A stretch of 64,000 nucleotides of DNA from an uncultured Pseudanabaenaceae cyanobacterium (GCA_937949725.1 CALECT010000017.1:13243-77242), one strand, 5' to 3'. Positions 49,439-60,700 are shown, numbered from the stretch's first letter. Notes: generated by a model from the letters alone, not told the origin. A program made the numbers and translations.

Positions 49439-52400
49439 ATGGCCGCAGCTTTTTCAACCACTGGAAAGACCTTGGCATTTTTGCCGCTTTTGGGTGTTGC
49501 GTCGCCTTTTGCCCAGGCGGCTGAAGTTCCCTTTCCCAGTCTTTCCCCCTTTCCCAATCAGCCTGACCCCATGGTGAGTGGGTCACAGGTTGGGCAAACT
49601 GCTGCAATCGCATCCCCCATTACACCGCTTGCAGACAGTATGTCTGTGGAAGCCAGCAGTCCTCAGTTTGTCGCCCAAGTACTGCCGACGGATGGCGCGA
49701 CCCAGACCCAAGTTTTGGTGGATGCTGGGGGGGACCAATTTGAGATTAGGGGCGGGGCCCAGGCGGGGGAAAACCTGTTCCACCGTTTTGATCAGCTTGA
49801 TCTAGAGGCGGGGCAGACTGCCAATTTCCAAACCCCTGCGGGACTCGAAGCAGTCTTTAGTCAGGTGGGTGGAGGTCCTTCCAGCATTGATGGCACGCTC
49901 AAAGTGAGCGGCAGCTCAGCGGATCTCTTTTTGCTCAACCCTAATGGCGTTGTCTTTGGTCCCAATGCGCAGCTGGACTTGAATGGTTCTTTCACTGCGA
50001 CTACTGCGGATCGTATCCAGGTTGGTGACCAGTGGGTTGACCTCTTGGAAGAAGGGGTCACCGCTCAAACAGCGGTGGCGGGCTCGGTGGAGGCTTTGGA
50101 GTTTTCTGCGGATGCAGCAGGGGGGGCGATCGCCAACCAAGGCCAGCTCGCTGTCACGGATGGTCAGTCCCTGGGATTGCTTGGCAATGCGGTAGTCAAT
50201 ACGGGCTCGCTGTCAGCCCCTGGCGGAGAGGTCACTGTGTTGTCTGCCAGTGGCGGTCAGCGGGTGAGTCTTGAGGGAGGCCTGCTAAATCTTGAGTTGC
50301 CTGGGGCTCAGGCTGGCTCTAGCCCAAGGCATAGTCTCCCCGCTGTTGTGGCTCAACCCGTGGCTGAAGCCACTGGCCTGAGCTTAAATGCCGACGGGTC
50401 TGTTTCCCTGCAAGCAGGCACTAGTGTTTTATCTGGAACAGTGGATGTGTCTTCCGCTGAAGCCGTTGGTGGCCAGGTCAAAGTCTTGGGGAATGAAGTC
50501 CAGGTCACGAATGCAGTTGTTGATGCATCTGGCGCGGCTGGTGGTGACATTCATGTGGGTGGAGATTACCAGGGACGCGGGGAGATGCTCCGTGCTGTCT
50601 CGACTCGGCTAAATGCTGCCTCGGTTCTACGAGCCGATGGTATAGCTTCAAACTCGGACATTCGTCCCGATGGCGGAGAGGTTATTGTTTGGTCCGATGG
50701 CACTGCTGAGTTTGCTGGAACGGCTACGGCACGTTCATTGGCTCCCGGTGGAGACGGTGGCCTGGTGGAGACCTCTGGCAAACAGCAGTTAAATATTGTC
50801 TCTACAACTAATGTAAATACAGCTTCGGTGGATGGTGCAACGGGGCGGTGGCTGATTGACCCGTTGGACCTGACGGTTGTGAATGGTGGTGGAGTTGGAA
50901 CCATTACTGGTGGCGCAAATGATCCTTTGTCTAGCACGATTGATGCTGCCACTGTAGAAACGGCTCTGGATGGAAATAATGTTCAGCTGCAGGCAACTAA
51001 TTCCATTACGGTGGATGCTCCCATTGATGCCTCCACGAATATCAGCGGTGGCAACCTGGGGCTGGATGCTCCAACGCTGAATTTGAATGAGCGAGTGACT
51101 CTAGTTTCAGGAAGTCAACTTTCTGGGACTGCTAACACGGTCAATGTGGGTGCCAATGGCAGCATCCAGAATGCTGTGGATGCTGCGGTTTCAGGTGGAA
51201 CTGTGAATCTTGCCGCTGCTACCTATCGAGAAGGTAGTGAGATTATTGTTGATAAACAAATCCGCTTACAGGGCCAAGGTACAGCGAGTACAACGATTAG
51301 CGGTGATGCCAATGGTGATGGCAATGCTGCTGGCAATCGCGCAGATAATCATCGCATTCTGCACTTAGATAGCAGTGCAGATGGTACGACTCTATCCGGC
51401 ATAACTTTTAGCGATGGCATCACCAGCTCGGGGGGGGGAGGAATCGAGAATGATGCCGATAATGTCACCATCGAAAATAGTGTTTTTTCCAATAACCGAG
51501 TATTGGGTAGTGGAGAGGATGGGGGAGCAATCCATACCCATGGTGATGGCCTAAGAATTGACAATACCCTCTTTACAATCAACGTGGCAGAAGATGATGG
51601 TGGGGCGATTGATATCGGAAATGGTTCCGTAGAAATCAGCAATAGCATCTTTGCTGATAATGGTGCACTTAATGGTGATGGTGGAGCTATTGATATTGAC
51701 CCGAATGGTTCCTTAACTATCGCTGCTAGTCGTTTTGAATCTAATACTGCAGTGGGCGATGGTGGAGCAATTTATAGTGAGGGGAGGCTGCAAATTGACC
51801 AGACTGAGTTTGATGGAAATTTGGCGGTTGACGAAGGCGGAGGAATTGCTCTCGCTCAATCCTCAGATGCCACTATTGAAGACTCTCGCTTCATTAGCAA
51901 TTCAGCGACTCGTGGGGGAGGGATTGTTGCTCTGGGTAATGCTGCTAGCAGCCTCACGATTACTAATAGTGAATTTGAGCTGAATACAGCGACGACTTCA
52001 GCCGCTGGAGATGGAGGTGCAGTTCAGATTGCGTCTAGTGGTAGCATCACTATCCAAGATTCTGAGTTTCGCAATAATGAAGCCCAAGATGATGGAGGTG
52101 CGATTGAGATTTTTCAGGGTGCTTTGACGCTCCGCGACAATGCTTTTTCAAATAACCGTGCGGCGGATGGTCACGGAGGAGCACTTGATATAGATTCTCC
52201 TGCTAGCGTCATTGCTTCGGGTAATACTTTCACATTCAATGAAGCACCACTGGGAGGAGCGATCGCCAATGATGGCTCCATCAGCATTACCAATGATCTC
52301 TTCCAAAACAATGTTGCCTCAGTTGATGGAGGAGCAATTTACCAGAAAGCCGATGGGATTGCGCAAATCTCAACAGCTGAGTTCACGGGGAATACTGCAG

Positions 52401-55400
52401 GCTCAGAGGGAGGGGCGATTTACCAGCAGGACAGTAGCACCACGACTATTCTAAATTCTGATTTCAGAGATAATCAGGCTGTTGAATTTGGTGGGGCGAT
52501 CGCGAACCAAGGGGATAGCAATAGTCAATTAGATATTACAGGTGGCACCTTTTTACGGAATAGAGTGACTTCTAGCAGTTCAGTCTTGGGAGATGGAGGT
52601 GCCATCTTCATTGGTAGCAGTAGTAGTAATACAATTTCTGGAACGACGTTTTCTGCTAATACGGCAGCACTTGATGGAGGGGCAATCGCCGCAGAAGGAG
52701 CCGCAGAACTCAATATCGACGGAGCATCTTTCGTAAGCAATCAATCCCTCGGAGATAACGGCGGCGGATTATTTCTGATCGGAGATGCCACGCTGAACTT
52801 GAGTAATAGTGTTTTAGCTGGAAACACAGCAGCACAGGCTGGAGGGGGACTTTTTCAGTTTCAGAATGCCAAGTCCACGATTCTCAACACGCGATTTGAG
52901 AATAACCAGGCGGCTACGAGTGGGGGAGCGATCGCATCCCAAATCAATGCCAGCGGTCAGCTCACGATCTCCGGTAGCACTTTTGATAGCAATAGCGCTC
53001 AACAGGATGGCGGTGGTCTCTACTTGGATGCCCCTGCTGGAAGCTTGCTCTCGCTCAGTCAAAGCTTCTTCCTTAATAACAGTGCGCGGTCTGGTGGTGG
53101 CTTATTTAAGACGAATTCTGCTGACTTGACCATTGCGAATACACTTTTTGAACGCAATACCGCTACTGATCATGGAGGCGGCCTGGCAGCTCAATCCAGT
53201 AGTGGCATGATCACTCTGATGGATAGCAATATTGTTCAAAATGTTGCTGGGATAGATGGCGGTGGGATTCGCTTAAATGCTAGCAATCTTTCAGCCAGTA
53301 ACAGTTTGATCCTGACAAATGAAGCAACATTTGGTGGAGGCTTAGAGCTGGGCACTGGCAGCTCTGCCCTGGTGGACAATGTTCTGTTTCAGGGCAATGA
53401 CAGTTCCTCGCATGGTGGGGCAATCTCGATTGATGATTCTTCAATGGCAACGGTTACCAATAGTCGTTTCCTGAACAATCAATCTGATGGCCGAGGCGGT
53501 GCTATCAATACCAATGGTAGTTTGAGTCTTGATACTTCTTTAGTTCAAGCGAATAGTGCTGCGCAGAGAGGGGGAGGCATTGCCTTACAAGGCTCTAGCA
53601 GTGGCGCCGTTACAATTCGCTCTACAACTGTTAATGGTAATACCACTTCTGCCAGTGGTGGTGGGTTGTCCCATGAGGGCAGCCAAACCCTAATGATTGA
53701 GGGTAGTACCTTTAGTAACAATAATGCGACTGCTAATGGGGCTGGTTTAGACCTAAACCCCACGGCCTCTAGTCCTCCAATCCAACTGCAGAACAGCACT
53801 ATTTCAAGTAATATATCGGACTCTAGCGGTGGTGGGCTTTCTCTGGGGGCAAATGCCCCAGTGGACCTGAACAATGTAACGGTTGCAAATAATACTGCTA
53901 CCAGTGGTGGTGGTGGATTGACTAACCTCTTCGGTGGTAGTTTGACTTTGCAAAACACCATTGTGGCTGGAAATACCGCTGCGAGTAATCCAGACATTGC
54001 TGGCGTAATAACGAGCCTGGGCAATAATATTGTTCGAAGTCGAGCGACGAGCACGGGATATGTCAGCTCTGATTTGCCAGATGGCACGGATCCTCTCCTT
54101 TTGTCCTTGGCCAATAATGGTGGCCTGACTGAGACCCATGCACTAAGAGCAAATAGTGTTGCTGTTGATGCTGGTAATGGCAGTGCGACCTTCACAGATC
54201 AACGAGGCCTGACTGCTGTCAACCATCGAGATATTGGTGCTTATGAGCTGGACAATAACTTGACCGCTGTCACCAGTGGATTTGGGCAAACGACCCAGGT
54301 CACCCAAGCGTTTGCTAATCCTATTGAGCTGAGCATCACAGATTCTTTTGGGAGCGCGATCGCGGGTGTGGACGTTGTTGTGTCAGCTCCGACGACTGGA
54401 GCGAGCGCGAGCCTAGGTACATTGCGCACTGATGACAGTGGTGTTGCAACTGCCATAGCAACGGCTAATACAGTGGCTGGGACTTATGCCATCACGTTGG
54501 ATATTGGAAACCCACTCAATTTATATGGAATTTCCCTAACAAACACTCCTGATGTTCCTGACCAAATTGCGATCCTCAATGGCGACAACCAAAGCACCGT
54601 CGTCAATACTGCGTTTGCGAATCCACTTCAGCTTGCGGTGACAGATCAGTTTGGTAATCCGATTCCATTGCAGGCGTTAGGGGTTAGCTTGCCGGGCAGT
54701 GGCGCTAGCGCTACTGCAACCAATGGTACTGATCTTAATGCCATCTTTCTGGTAACTGATAGTGCAGGGCAAGTGATGGTCGATCTCACTGCTAATACGA
54801 TCGCTGGAAACTATGGGGTTGGTCTTACATCTGGAAGCCTAAGCAACAATGCAACGCTAACCAATCTGCCTGATGCCCCTGCACAACTGCTGGTGAACAG
54901 TGGCAATAACCAGAGCACCGTCGTTAATACTGCTTTTGCCAACCCGCTTCAGGCTACAGTTACGGACCAGTTTGGCAATGCGGTTCCTGGAGTGACCGTT
55001 GATTTGAGTTTGCCGGGAGCTGGGGCGAGTTCCAATGCGGGTGAGATCGCCTTAACCACCGATAATTTGGGGCAGGCTACCACTAGCCTCACTGCCAATA
55101 CTATCTCTGGCAGCTATGCCGTTGGCTTAACGGCGGGTGTCCTAGCGAGCAATCTGAGCTTGGAAAATCTGCCCGACGCACCGGCCCAGCTCAATGGCAA
55201 TGCTCAGACCACGGTGGTCAATACAGCCTTTGCTGATCCGCTTCAGGTGACGGTAACGGATCAATTTGGAAATGCGGTGCCGGGGGTGGCAGTGAATGTC
55301 AGTCTGCCGGGAGCTGGAGCAAGTGCCAATGCAGGGACAGTGGCTCTAACAACGGATGCGGCGGGCCAAGCGAACACTGGACTGGTGGCAAATACCACTG

Positions 55401-57529
55401 CTGGAGGCTATGGCCTCAGTTTATCGGCGGGGAGCTTGACGAGTAATGTTCCGCTCACCAATTTACCCGATGCTCCCGCTCATTTAGATGTCCTGGATGG
55501 AGATGGCCAGAGTACAGTTGTAAACACAGCATTTTCTAATCCGCTATTGGTGGCAGTAACGGATCAGTTTGGCAATGTTGTCCCAGGGGCGATCGTGAAC
55601 TTGAGTTTCCCAGGGACTGGGGCGAATGTCAGTGATAGCTCAACGGGTGGGGCTGTCTCGCTGACAACGGATAGCCTGGGGCAGGCCAGCACCAGCTTTG
55701 TAGCGAATACCGTTGCCGGTTCCTATGGCATTGGCTTATCGACGGGTACTGTGAGCAGCGGTATTAGCCTCACCAATTTGCCTGATGCTCCAGCCGAAGT
55801 GAACTTGCTAGGTGGCAATGAGCAAGTGGCACAGGTGAATACCACTTTTGCGGATGAGTTGCGAGTACAAGTTTTGGATCAGTTTGGCAATGTTATTCCA
55901 GGAGTGACCGTAACCTTTACTGCACCTACAGCAGGACCAAGCTCTGCGGCCAGTGCTGAACTTTCTGCGGTGACGGTAACGACTGATGGGGCGGGTGAGG
56001 GACAAGCCCTAGCGACAGCGAATGGACAAGCCGGAGCCTATCAAGTGGAGGCTGAGGTTGGGATTGCAACTGTGACGTTTGAACTGGAAAATGTTGTAGA
56101 TACGCCTTTACCAGAGTTACCAGAGCCAGAGGAGCTACCGCAAATATCTCTGCCTCCCACTCAAGCTCCCGAGTCCCCCACAGGAGCGCCGAGCGCGCCA
56201 GCTCCCCTAAGTTTGGTAAATACGACTGTGGTTGAGGAGATCGACAGTAGCTTCTCCGCTGCCTATACAGACTATTGGGGGACGCCTGCCTCAAGGGGGG
56301 TGACCGTAGCAGAAACCCGAATGGTCCTCGACAATGCGACAGAGGCCCATGGTGTGAACTCAGCGGTGGTCTATGGTTTGTTTGTCCCCCAGGCTCAAGC
56401 TGCGGATGAAGGGTTTGGAGCAACTCAAGTGGCGAGCATGGCGCTGAATCGCCGAGCTCAAACCGAGGAGCAGCGGGATGATGACCAGTTGATGTTGGTG
56501 TTGGTGCCCAGTAAAGGGCCGCTTGTGCAGCAGTTAGTGAGCGTGACCCGTGAGGAACTGTTGCAACAGGCTCGACTCTTTCGCATGGCGGTGTCGGACC
56601 CCTATGACGAATGGAGCTACAAGCCCTTGGCCCAGCAGATGTATAGCTGGATGTTGGAACCTGTGGAGTCAGAGCTAGAGCGCTTAAAACTCGATAACGT
56701 GATGTATGTGATGGATGCAGGGCTGCGGACCTTGCCCCTCGCGGCGATGATGAAAGAGGATGAGTTTGCCATTGAGCGCTATGGAATTTCTCTGATTCCC
56801 AGTGTTGATTTGCTGGAAACAGATTTTGGAGCTTCGGCTCCATCCTCTCAAATTGTGGCAGCGGGGGCGACGGAGTTTGAGCAGTTAAACGATCTCCCTG
56901 CGGTGGGGTTAGAGTTGGATGTTATTTCTTCACAGGCCATCCCGGAGACCACTCAGCAAAATTCAGTGAATGTGTTGTTCAATGAAGACTTTACTCAGGA
57001 GAATCTGCTTCAGGCACAGCAGGAAGGCCCAGCCAATATGCTTCATCTCGCCACCCACGGTGAGTTTAATGCGGGTGATTTAGGGAGTTCCTATCTGCAG
57101 TTTTGGGATGATCAGCTCACGTTGGATGACATTAGTAAACTGGGTTGGGATGAACTAGAGTTGCTCATTCTCAGCGCTTGCCAAACTGCCATTAGCAGCC
57201 CCGAAGCAGAGCTGGGTTTTGCAGGACTTGCAGCAGCCACCGGCGTTGAGAGTACCATTGGTAGCCTGTGGAGCGTTTCTGACATAGGAACGCTGGGCTT
57301 AATGAGTGAGTTTTATGGACAACTTGCTAAGACTCCCCTACGTTTTGAAGCCTTGCGTCAGGCCCAGATGGCGATGTTGCAGGGAGAGACTCGCTTAACT
57401 AATCAGCAGCTACAGACCGAGCGAGGTGACATTGATTTACCAGAGGAGTGGGATTTACCTGAGTCGGCTGACTTCTCCCATCCTTTCTACTGGTCTGGCT
57501 TTACCCTGGTGGGAAATCCTTGGTGGTAG
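49439..57529 (+). CDS. giant (~2700 aa) two-partner-secretion (TpsA-type) exoprotein. It has an N-terminal filamentous-haemagglutinin TPS domain, a beta-helix of PMP-type repeats, six Big_1 Ig-like repeats, a Pro-rich linker and a C-terminal CHAT (caspase-like) protease domain. The start is set to the Met preceding the signal peptide; the ORF track starts at 49382.
   Basis: Signal peptide MAAAFSTTGKTLAFLPLLGVASPFAQA. TPS (haemagg_act) core …QFEIRGGAQAGENLFHRFDQLDLEAGQTANFQ…IDGTLKVSGSSADLFLLNPNGVVFGPNAQLDLNGSFTATTADRI…. From residue ~640 to ~1760 there are dozens of DGGAI…F(S/R/Q)NN(R/Q/S)A repeats. Residues ~1620-2240 hold six ~100-aa units (…QSTVVNTAFANPLQ..VTDQFGN.VPG..V…LTTD..GQA….AN…G.Y…). 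The linker is PLPELPEPEELPQISLPPTQAPESPTGAPSAPAP. The C-terminal CHAT domain has the His motif MLHLATHGEF and the Cys motif LILSACQTA, and ends …FYWSGFTLVGNPWW. Confidence 0.85.
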   Translation: MAAAFSTTGKTLAFLPLLGVASPFAQAAEVPFPSLSPFPNQPDPMVSGSQVGQTAAIASPITPLADSMSVEASSPQFVAQVLPTDGATQTQVLVDAGGDQFEIRGGAQAGENLFHRFDQLDLEAGQTANFQTPAGLEAVFSQVGGGPSSIDGTLKVSGSSADLFLLNPNGVVFGPNAQLDLNGSFTATTADRIQVGDQWVDLLEEGVTAQTAVAGSVEALEFSADAAGGAIANQGQLAVTDGQSLGLLGNAVVNTGSLSAPGGEVTVLSASGGQRVSLEGGLLNLELPGAQAGSSPRHSLPAVVAQPVAEATGLSLNADGSVSLQAGTSVLSGTVDVSSAEAVGGQVKVLGNEVQVTNAVVDASGAAGGDIHVGGDYQGRGEMLRAVSTRLNAASVLRADGIASNSDIRPDGGEVIVWSDGTAEFAGTATARSLAPGGDGGLVETSGKQQLNIVSTTNVNTASVDGATGRWLIDPLDLTVVNGGGVGTITGGANDPLSSTIDAATVETALDGNNVQLQATNSITVDAPIDASTNISGGNLGLDAPTLNLNERVTLVSGSQLSGTANTVNVGANGSIQNAVDAAVSGGTVNLAAATYREGSEIIVDKQIRLQGQGTASTTISGDANGDGNAAGNRADNHRILHLDSSADGTTLSGITFSDGITSSGGGGIENDADNVTIENSVFSNNRVLGSGEDGGAIHTHGDGLRIDNTLFTINVAEDDGGAIDIGNGSVEISNSIFADNGALNGDGGAIDIDPNGSLTIAASRFESNTAVGDGGAIYSEGRLQIDQTEFDGNLAVDEGGGIALAQSSDATIEDSRFISNSATRGGGIVALGNAASSLTITNSEFELNTATTSAAGDGGAVQIASSGSITIQDSEFRNNEAQDDGGAIEIFQGALTLRDNAFSNNRAADGHGGALDIDSPASVIASGNTFTFNEAPLGGAIANDGSISITNDLFQNNVASVDGGAIYQKADGIAQISTAEFTGNTAGSEGGAIYQQDSSTTTILNSDFRDNQAVEFGGAIANQGDSNSQLDITGGTFLRNRVTSSSSVLGDGGAIFIGSSSSNTISGTTFSANTAALDGGAIAAEGAAELNIDGASFVSNQSLGDNGGGLFLIGDATLNLSNSVLAGNTAAQAGGGLFQFQNAKSTILNTRFENNQAATSGGAIASQINASGQLTISGSTFDSNSAQQDGGGLYLDAPAGSLLSLSQSFFLNNSARSGGGLFKTNSADLTIANTLFERNTATDHGGGLAAQSSSGMITLMDSNIVQNVAGIDGGGIRLNASNLSASNSLILTNEATFGGGLELGTGSSALVDNVLFQGNDSSSHGGAISIDDSSMATVTNSRFLNNQSDGRGGAINTNGSLSLDTSLVQANSAAQRGGGIALQGSSSGAVTIRSTTVNGNTTSASGGGLSHEGSQTLMIEGSTFSNNNATANGAGLDLNPTASSPPIQLQNSTISSNISDSSGGGLSLGANAPVDLNNVTVANNTATSGGGGLTNLFGGSLTLQNTIVAGNTAASNPDIAGVITSLGNNIVRSRATSTGYVSSDLPDGTDPLLLSLANNGGLTETHALRANSVAVDAGNGSATFTDQRGLTAVNHRDIGAYELDNNLTAVTSGFGQTTQVTQAFANPIELSITDSFGSAIAGVDVVVSAPTTGASASLGTLRTDDSGVATAIATANTVAGTYAITLDIGNPLNLYGISLTNTPDVPDQIAILNGDNQSTVVNTAFANPLQLAVTDQFGNPIPLQALGVSLPGSGASATATNGTDLNAIFLVTDSAGQVMVDLTANTIAGNYGVGLTSGSLSNNATLTNLPDAPAQLLVNSGNNQSTVVNTAFANPLQATVTDQFGNAVPGVTVDLSLPGAGASSNAGEIALTTDNLGQATTSLTANTISGSYAVGLTAGVLASNLSLENLPDAPAQLNGNAQTTVVNTAFADPLQVTVTDQFGNAVPGVAVNVSLPGAGASANAGTVALTTDAAGQANTGLVANTTAGGYGLSLSAGSLTSNVPLTNLPDAPAHLDVLDGDGQSTVVNTAFSNPLLVAVTDQFGNVVPGAIVNLSFPGTGANVSDSSTGGAVSLTTDSLGQASTSFVANTVAGSYGIGLSTGTVSSGISLTNLPDAPAEVNLLGGNEQVAQVNTTFADELRVQVLDQFGNVIPGVTVTFTAPTAGPSSAASAELSAVTVTTDGAGEGQALATANGQAGAYQVEAEVGIATVTFELENVVDTPLPELPEPEELPQISLPPTQAPESPTGAPSAPAPLSLVNTTVVEEIDSSFSAAYTDYWGTPASRGVTVAETRMVLDNATEAHGVNSAVVYGLFVPQAQAADEGFGATQVASMALNRRAQTEEQRDDDQLMLVLVPSKGPLVQQLVSVTREELLQQARLFRMAVSDPYDEWSYKPLAQQMYSWMLEPVESELERLKLDNVMYVMDAGLRTLPLAAMMKEDEFAIERYGISLIPSVDLLETDFGASAPSSQIVAAGATEFEQLNDLPAVGLELDVISSQAIPETTQQNSVNVLFNEDFTQENLLQAQQEGPANMLHLATHGEFNAGDLGSSYLQFWDDQLTLDDISKLGWDELELLILSACQTAISSPEAELGFAGLAAATGVESTIGSLWSVSDIGTLGLMSEFYGQLAKTPLRFEALRQAQMAMLQGETRLTNQQLQTERGDIDLPEEWDLPESADFSHPFYWSGFTLVGNPWW
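54258..56100 (+). repeat. six tandem ~300-bp coding repeats (Big_1 Ig-like domain units) inside the giant gene
   Basis: Unit starts at ~54258, 54582, 54898, 55192, 55492 and 55807 (spacings 316/294/300/315 nt). Units share long identical nucleotide stretches (for example …GTCGT(C/T)AATAC(T/A)GC(G/T)TTTGC(G/C)AA(T/C)CC…, …ACGGATCAGTTTGG(T/C)AAT…). Confidence 0.8.
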
Positions 57530-57760
57530 GAATCGGGAAGTTGTTGCTCACGAGAGTGAACTTCAATACAACTACGTAGATATTTCAAGACAGAATTGGA
57601 AATACTAGTTTTATAGCAATGGTTTTACTGAGGGGACAATTGGCATCGCTACTTGCCATCCCTTACTGGATAAGTGCTGGAATATCCTAAGTGCTCTAAC
57701 TGGCGCTACAACGTCTGGGTGATTGAGCTCTACCGCTCCAAATCATCAACTGCCTCATCA

Positions 57761-60700
57761 ATGAATAGCCTGATTGGGAACCTTCCCAAGAGCTTATTGC
57801 TTCTGCCTTTACTGGGAGTCACAGCACCGAAGTCTCGGGCAGCGGAACCCTCACTTTTACCTTTAGAGCCTGGAGCGACAACTAAAGCGGGTGATTTGCG
57901 CTTTAGCCACGATATAACCCAGATTAGGCGATCGCCCATTGCTCCAGCCCCTAGTGGGGCTGTGGAAGCTTTTGCTGCCCAGACCTCCGATGGGGATTCG
58001 CCGCTGATCATTGCCCAGGTCATTCCCACCCCTGGGGCGGTCAACACCCAGGTTGAGCTAGATGCCAGCGGAACAGACTTTCAGATCACCGGCGGCACCC
58101 AAACCGGAGAGAATCTCTTCCACCGATTCGATCAGCTGGACCTGAATGCGGGACAGATCGCAGACTTTGAGGTGCATCCTGGCGTTGAGACAATCTTGAG
58201 TGAAATTGGTAGTGGACCGTCGAACATTGATGGATTGCTCAAGGTAAGCGGCGGCAGCGCAGATTTATTTGTAATCAACCCAGCAGGGGTTGTGCTGGGG
58301 CCCAATGCCCAGCTCGACCTGAGTGGCTCATTTGTGGCGACGACAGCGGATCGGCTGGAATTTAGTAATGGTGAGATCGATCTTTTAGATGAGGGCTTTA
58401 CGGAGCAAACGGTGGTCTCTGGATCACTGGATTCTCTGGGCTTTTCTGCTCATGCAGCCGGTGGTGTCATTGTGAATCAAGGGCAGCTAGCCGTTGATGC
58501 TGGCCAGTCGATTGGGCTGCTGGGTCATGCTGTGATCAATACCGGCGAGCTGAAGGCTCCGGGGGGGGAGGTGACAGTGCTGGCGGCGAAGGGTGGGCAG
58601 CAGGTGAGCTTGCAGGGTGAGTTGTTGAACCTGGAGTTGGCTGCCCCTGTCGCGGATGGTTCATCAAATCCTGTGCTCTGGAATAATGCCTCGCAGTCTC
58701 TTGTTGAAGCAACAGGCTTGAGCCAGAACACCGATGGTTCTATTTCCCTAGCGGCGGGGACGGTACGCGTCTCGGGCGATGTAGATGTCTCCTCAGTCAT
58801 TGGGGCAGGCGGCACTGCGACTCTGCTGGGAGATCAGGTCCAGGTCGTGGATGCCGTGGTTGATGCTTCTGGTGCAGAAGGTGGCTTGATTCGGGTGGGA
58901 GGCGACTATCAGGGCCAGGGCGAGTTGCTCCGCGCCAGGGCAACCCAGGTGGATACTGCATCGGTGCTGCGGGCTGATGGTGGTGCTTCAACCCTAGGCA
59001 TTCGTCCCGATGGTGGAGAAGTGATTGTTTGGTCCGATGGCACGACTGAGTTTGCTGGGACAGCGACTGCGCAGTCTCTCGCGCCAGGCGGAGAGGGGGG
59101 CTTAGTTGAGACCTCCGCAAAGCAGCAGTTGGCGATCGCCCCTACAGCAAATGTCAATACAACTTCAGTAGATGGTGCAACGGGCCAGTGGCTGATTGAT
59201 CCGGTGGATCTAACGGTGGTTAATGGCGGTGGAGCAGGCTCCATCGTGGGTGGGACCAACTCGCCTGCTGGAGCGAGCACGATTGATGCAGCCACCATAG
59301 AAGCGGGACTGAATGGTAATAATGTTGTTCTTCAGGCTGATAATTCCATTACCGTCAATGCTCCTATTGATGCTTCTGCCAATCCCAGCGGGGGCGATCT
59401 AGAGCTAGATGCTCCAACGCTTAACTTGAATGAGCGAGTGATGCTAGTCGCCGGGAGTGACCTCTCGGGTACTGCGACGACAGTGAATGTGGGGGCAAAC
59501 GGCGGTGTTCAGAATGGTGTTGATGCTGTCGCAACAGGAGGCACTGTTAACTTGGCTGTGGCGACTTACCGTGAAGGTCAAGAAATTATCATTGACAAAT
59601 CCCTGACGCTCCAAGGTCAAGGAGCTGAAGATACCACCATCAGTGGCGATGCTGATAATAATGGAGATGGAGACCATCGTGTCCTGGAGGCAATGGGGGC
59701 AGGCAACAATATTGTTCTGCAACAGTTGACGATTGCTGACGGAAGAACGGGTGGCATTGGTGCTTCTGGTGGTGGTTTAACGGCGGTGGATGTAAATTTG
59801 ACGATCGCCGATGCTGTATTTCGTAATAACAGAACGGTGGGTAATGGCAGTCAGGATGGTGGTGCGTTTCATCAAGCTGATGCGAGTGTGACAGTTACAC
59901 GATCGCAATTTATTGATAACCAGTCCACCCATGATGGTGGTGCGATTAACCTTCAATCTGGTTCTCTGAACATTAGCGATAGTACTTTTACCCAGAATAT
60001 TGCCCTCTCAGAAGGTGGGGCAATTGATAATGATCGATTTGGTTCGCTAACTATTACCAACAGTAATTTTTCGGATAACACAGCTGCGCTAAGGGGCGGA
60101 GCAATAATGATTGATGCCAATGTGGGTGCGGTCTCTGTCGCTGACAGTAACTTTTCAAATAACAGCTCAGGAAACGGTGGGGCGATCCTTATTGATCGCA
60201 ATGCAGGACCAATCTCTATTACTGGGGGGAATTTTTCAAATAATACAGCAGATGATGGTGGTGCTATTTTTACTGAGTCAGCAGTTGAGATTGCCGGCAG
60301 CAACTTCACAGATAATATTGCTAACGAATCTGGAGGTGCACTCTTACTGACCTCTTCTAGTAGTGGAAATTCGATTCAAGGCAGCAGTTTTATTCGGAAC
60401 CAAGCGCTAGCTCAAAATGGAGGTGCAATTGATGCACAAGTTAATTCATCACTTCAGCTCTCAGCTAACAATTTTACTCAGAATCAGGCTCAAAGAGATG
60501 GGGGGGCAATCCGCAATGATGGAGTAATCACGCTTTCTGATACGACATTAACCAATAACCAGTCTGTAGATCGCCGAGGAGGAGCAATTCATCTCAGCAG
60601 CAATGGAAGACTTACAATTACCAATAGCAACTTTACGGGTAATCAAGCGGGCGATCACGGTGGTGCCTTAGCTTCGTTTAGCACTGATAGCAACTCTCTG

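Noticed and set aside
55926-56843. 305-aa minus-strand ORF (plus other antisense ORFs at 50566-50952, 53545-54195 and 58909-59298) inside the giant TPS genes
   Set aside because: They are antisense to strongly supported coding sequence in a GC-rich, repeat-rich region. The translations are low-complexity (Pro/Ser/Ala/Arg-rich) with no motifs. These are typical spurious open frames.
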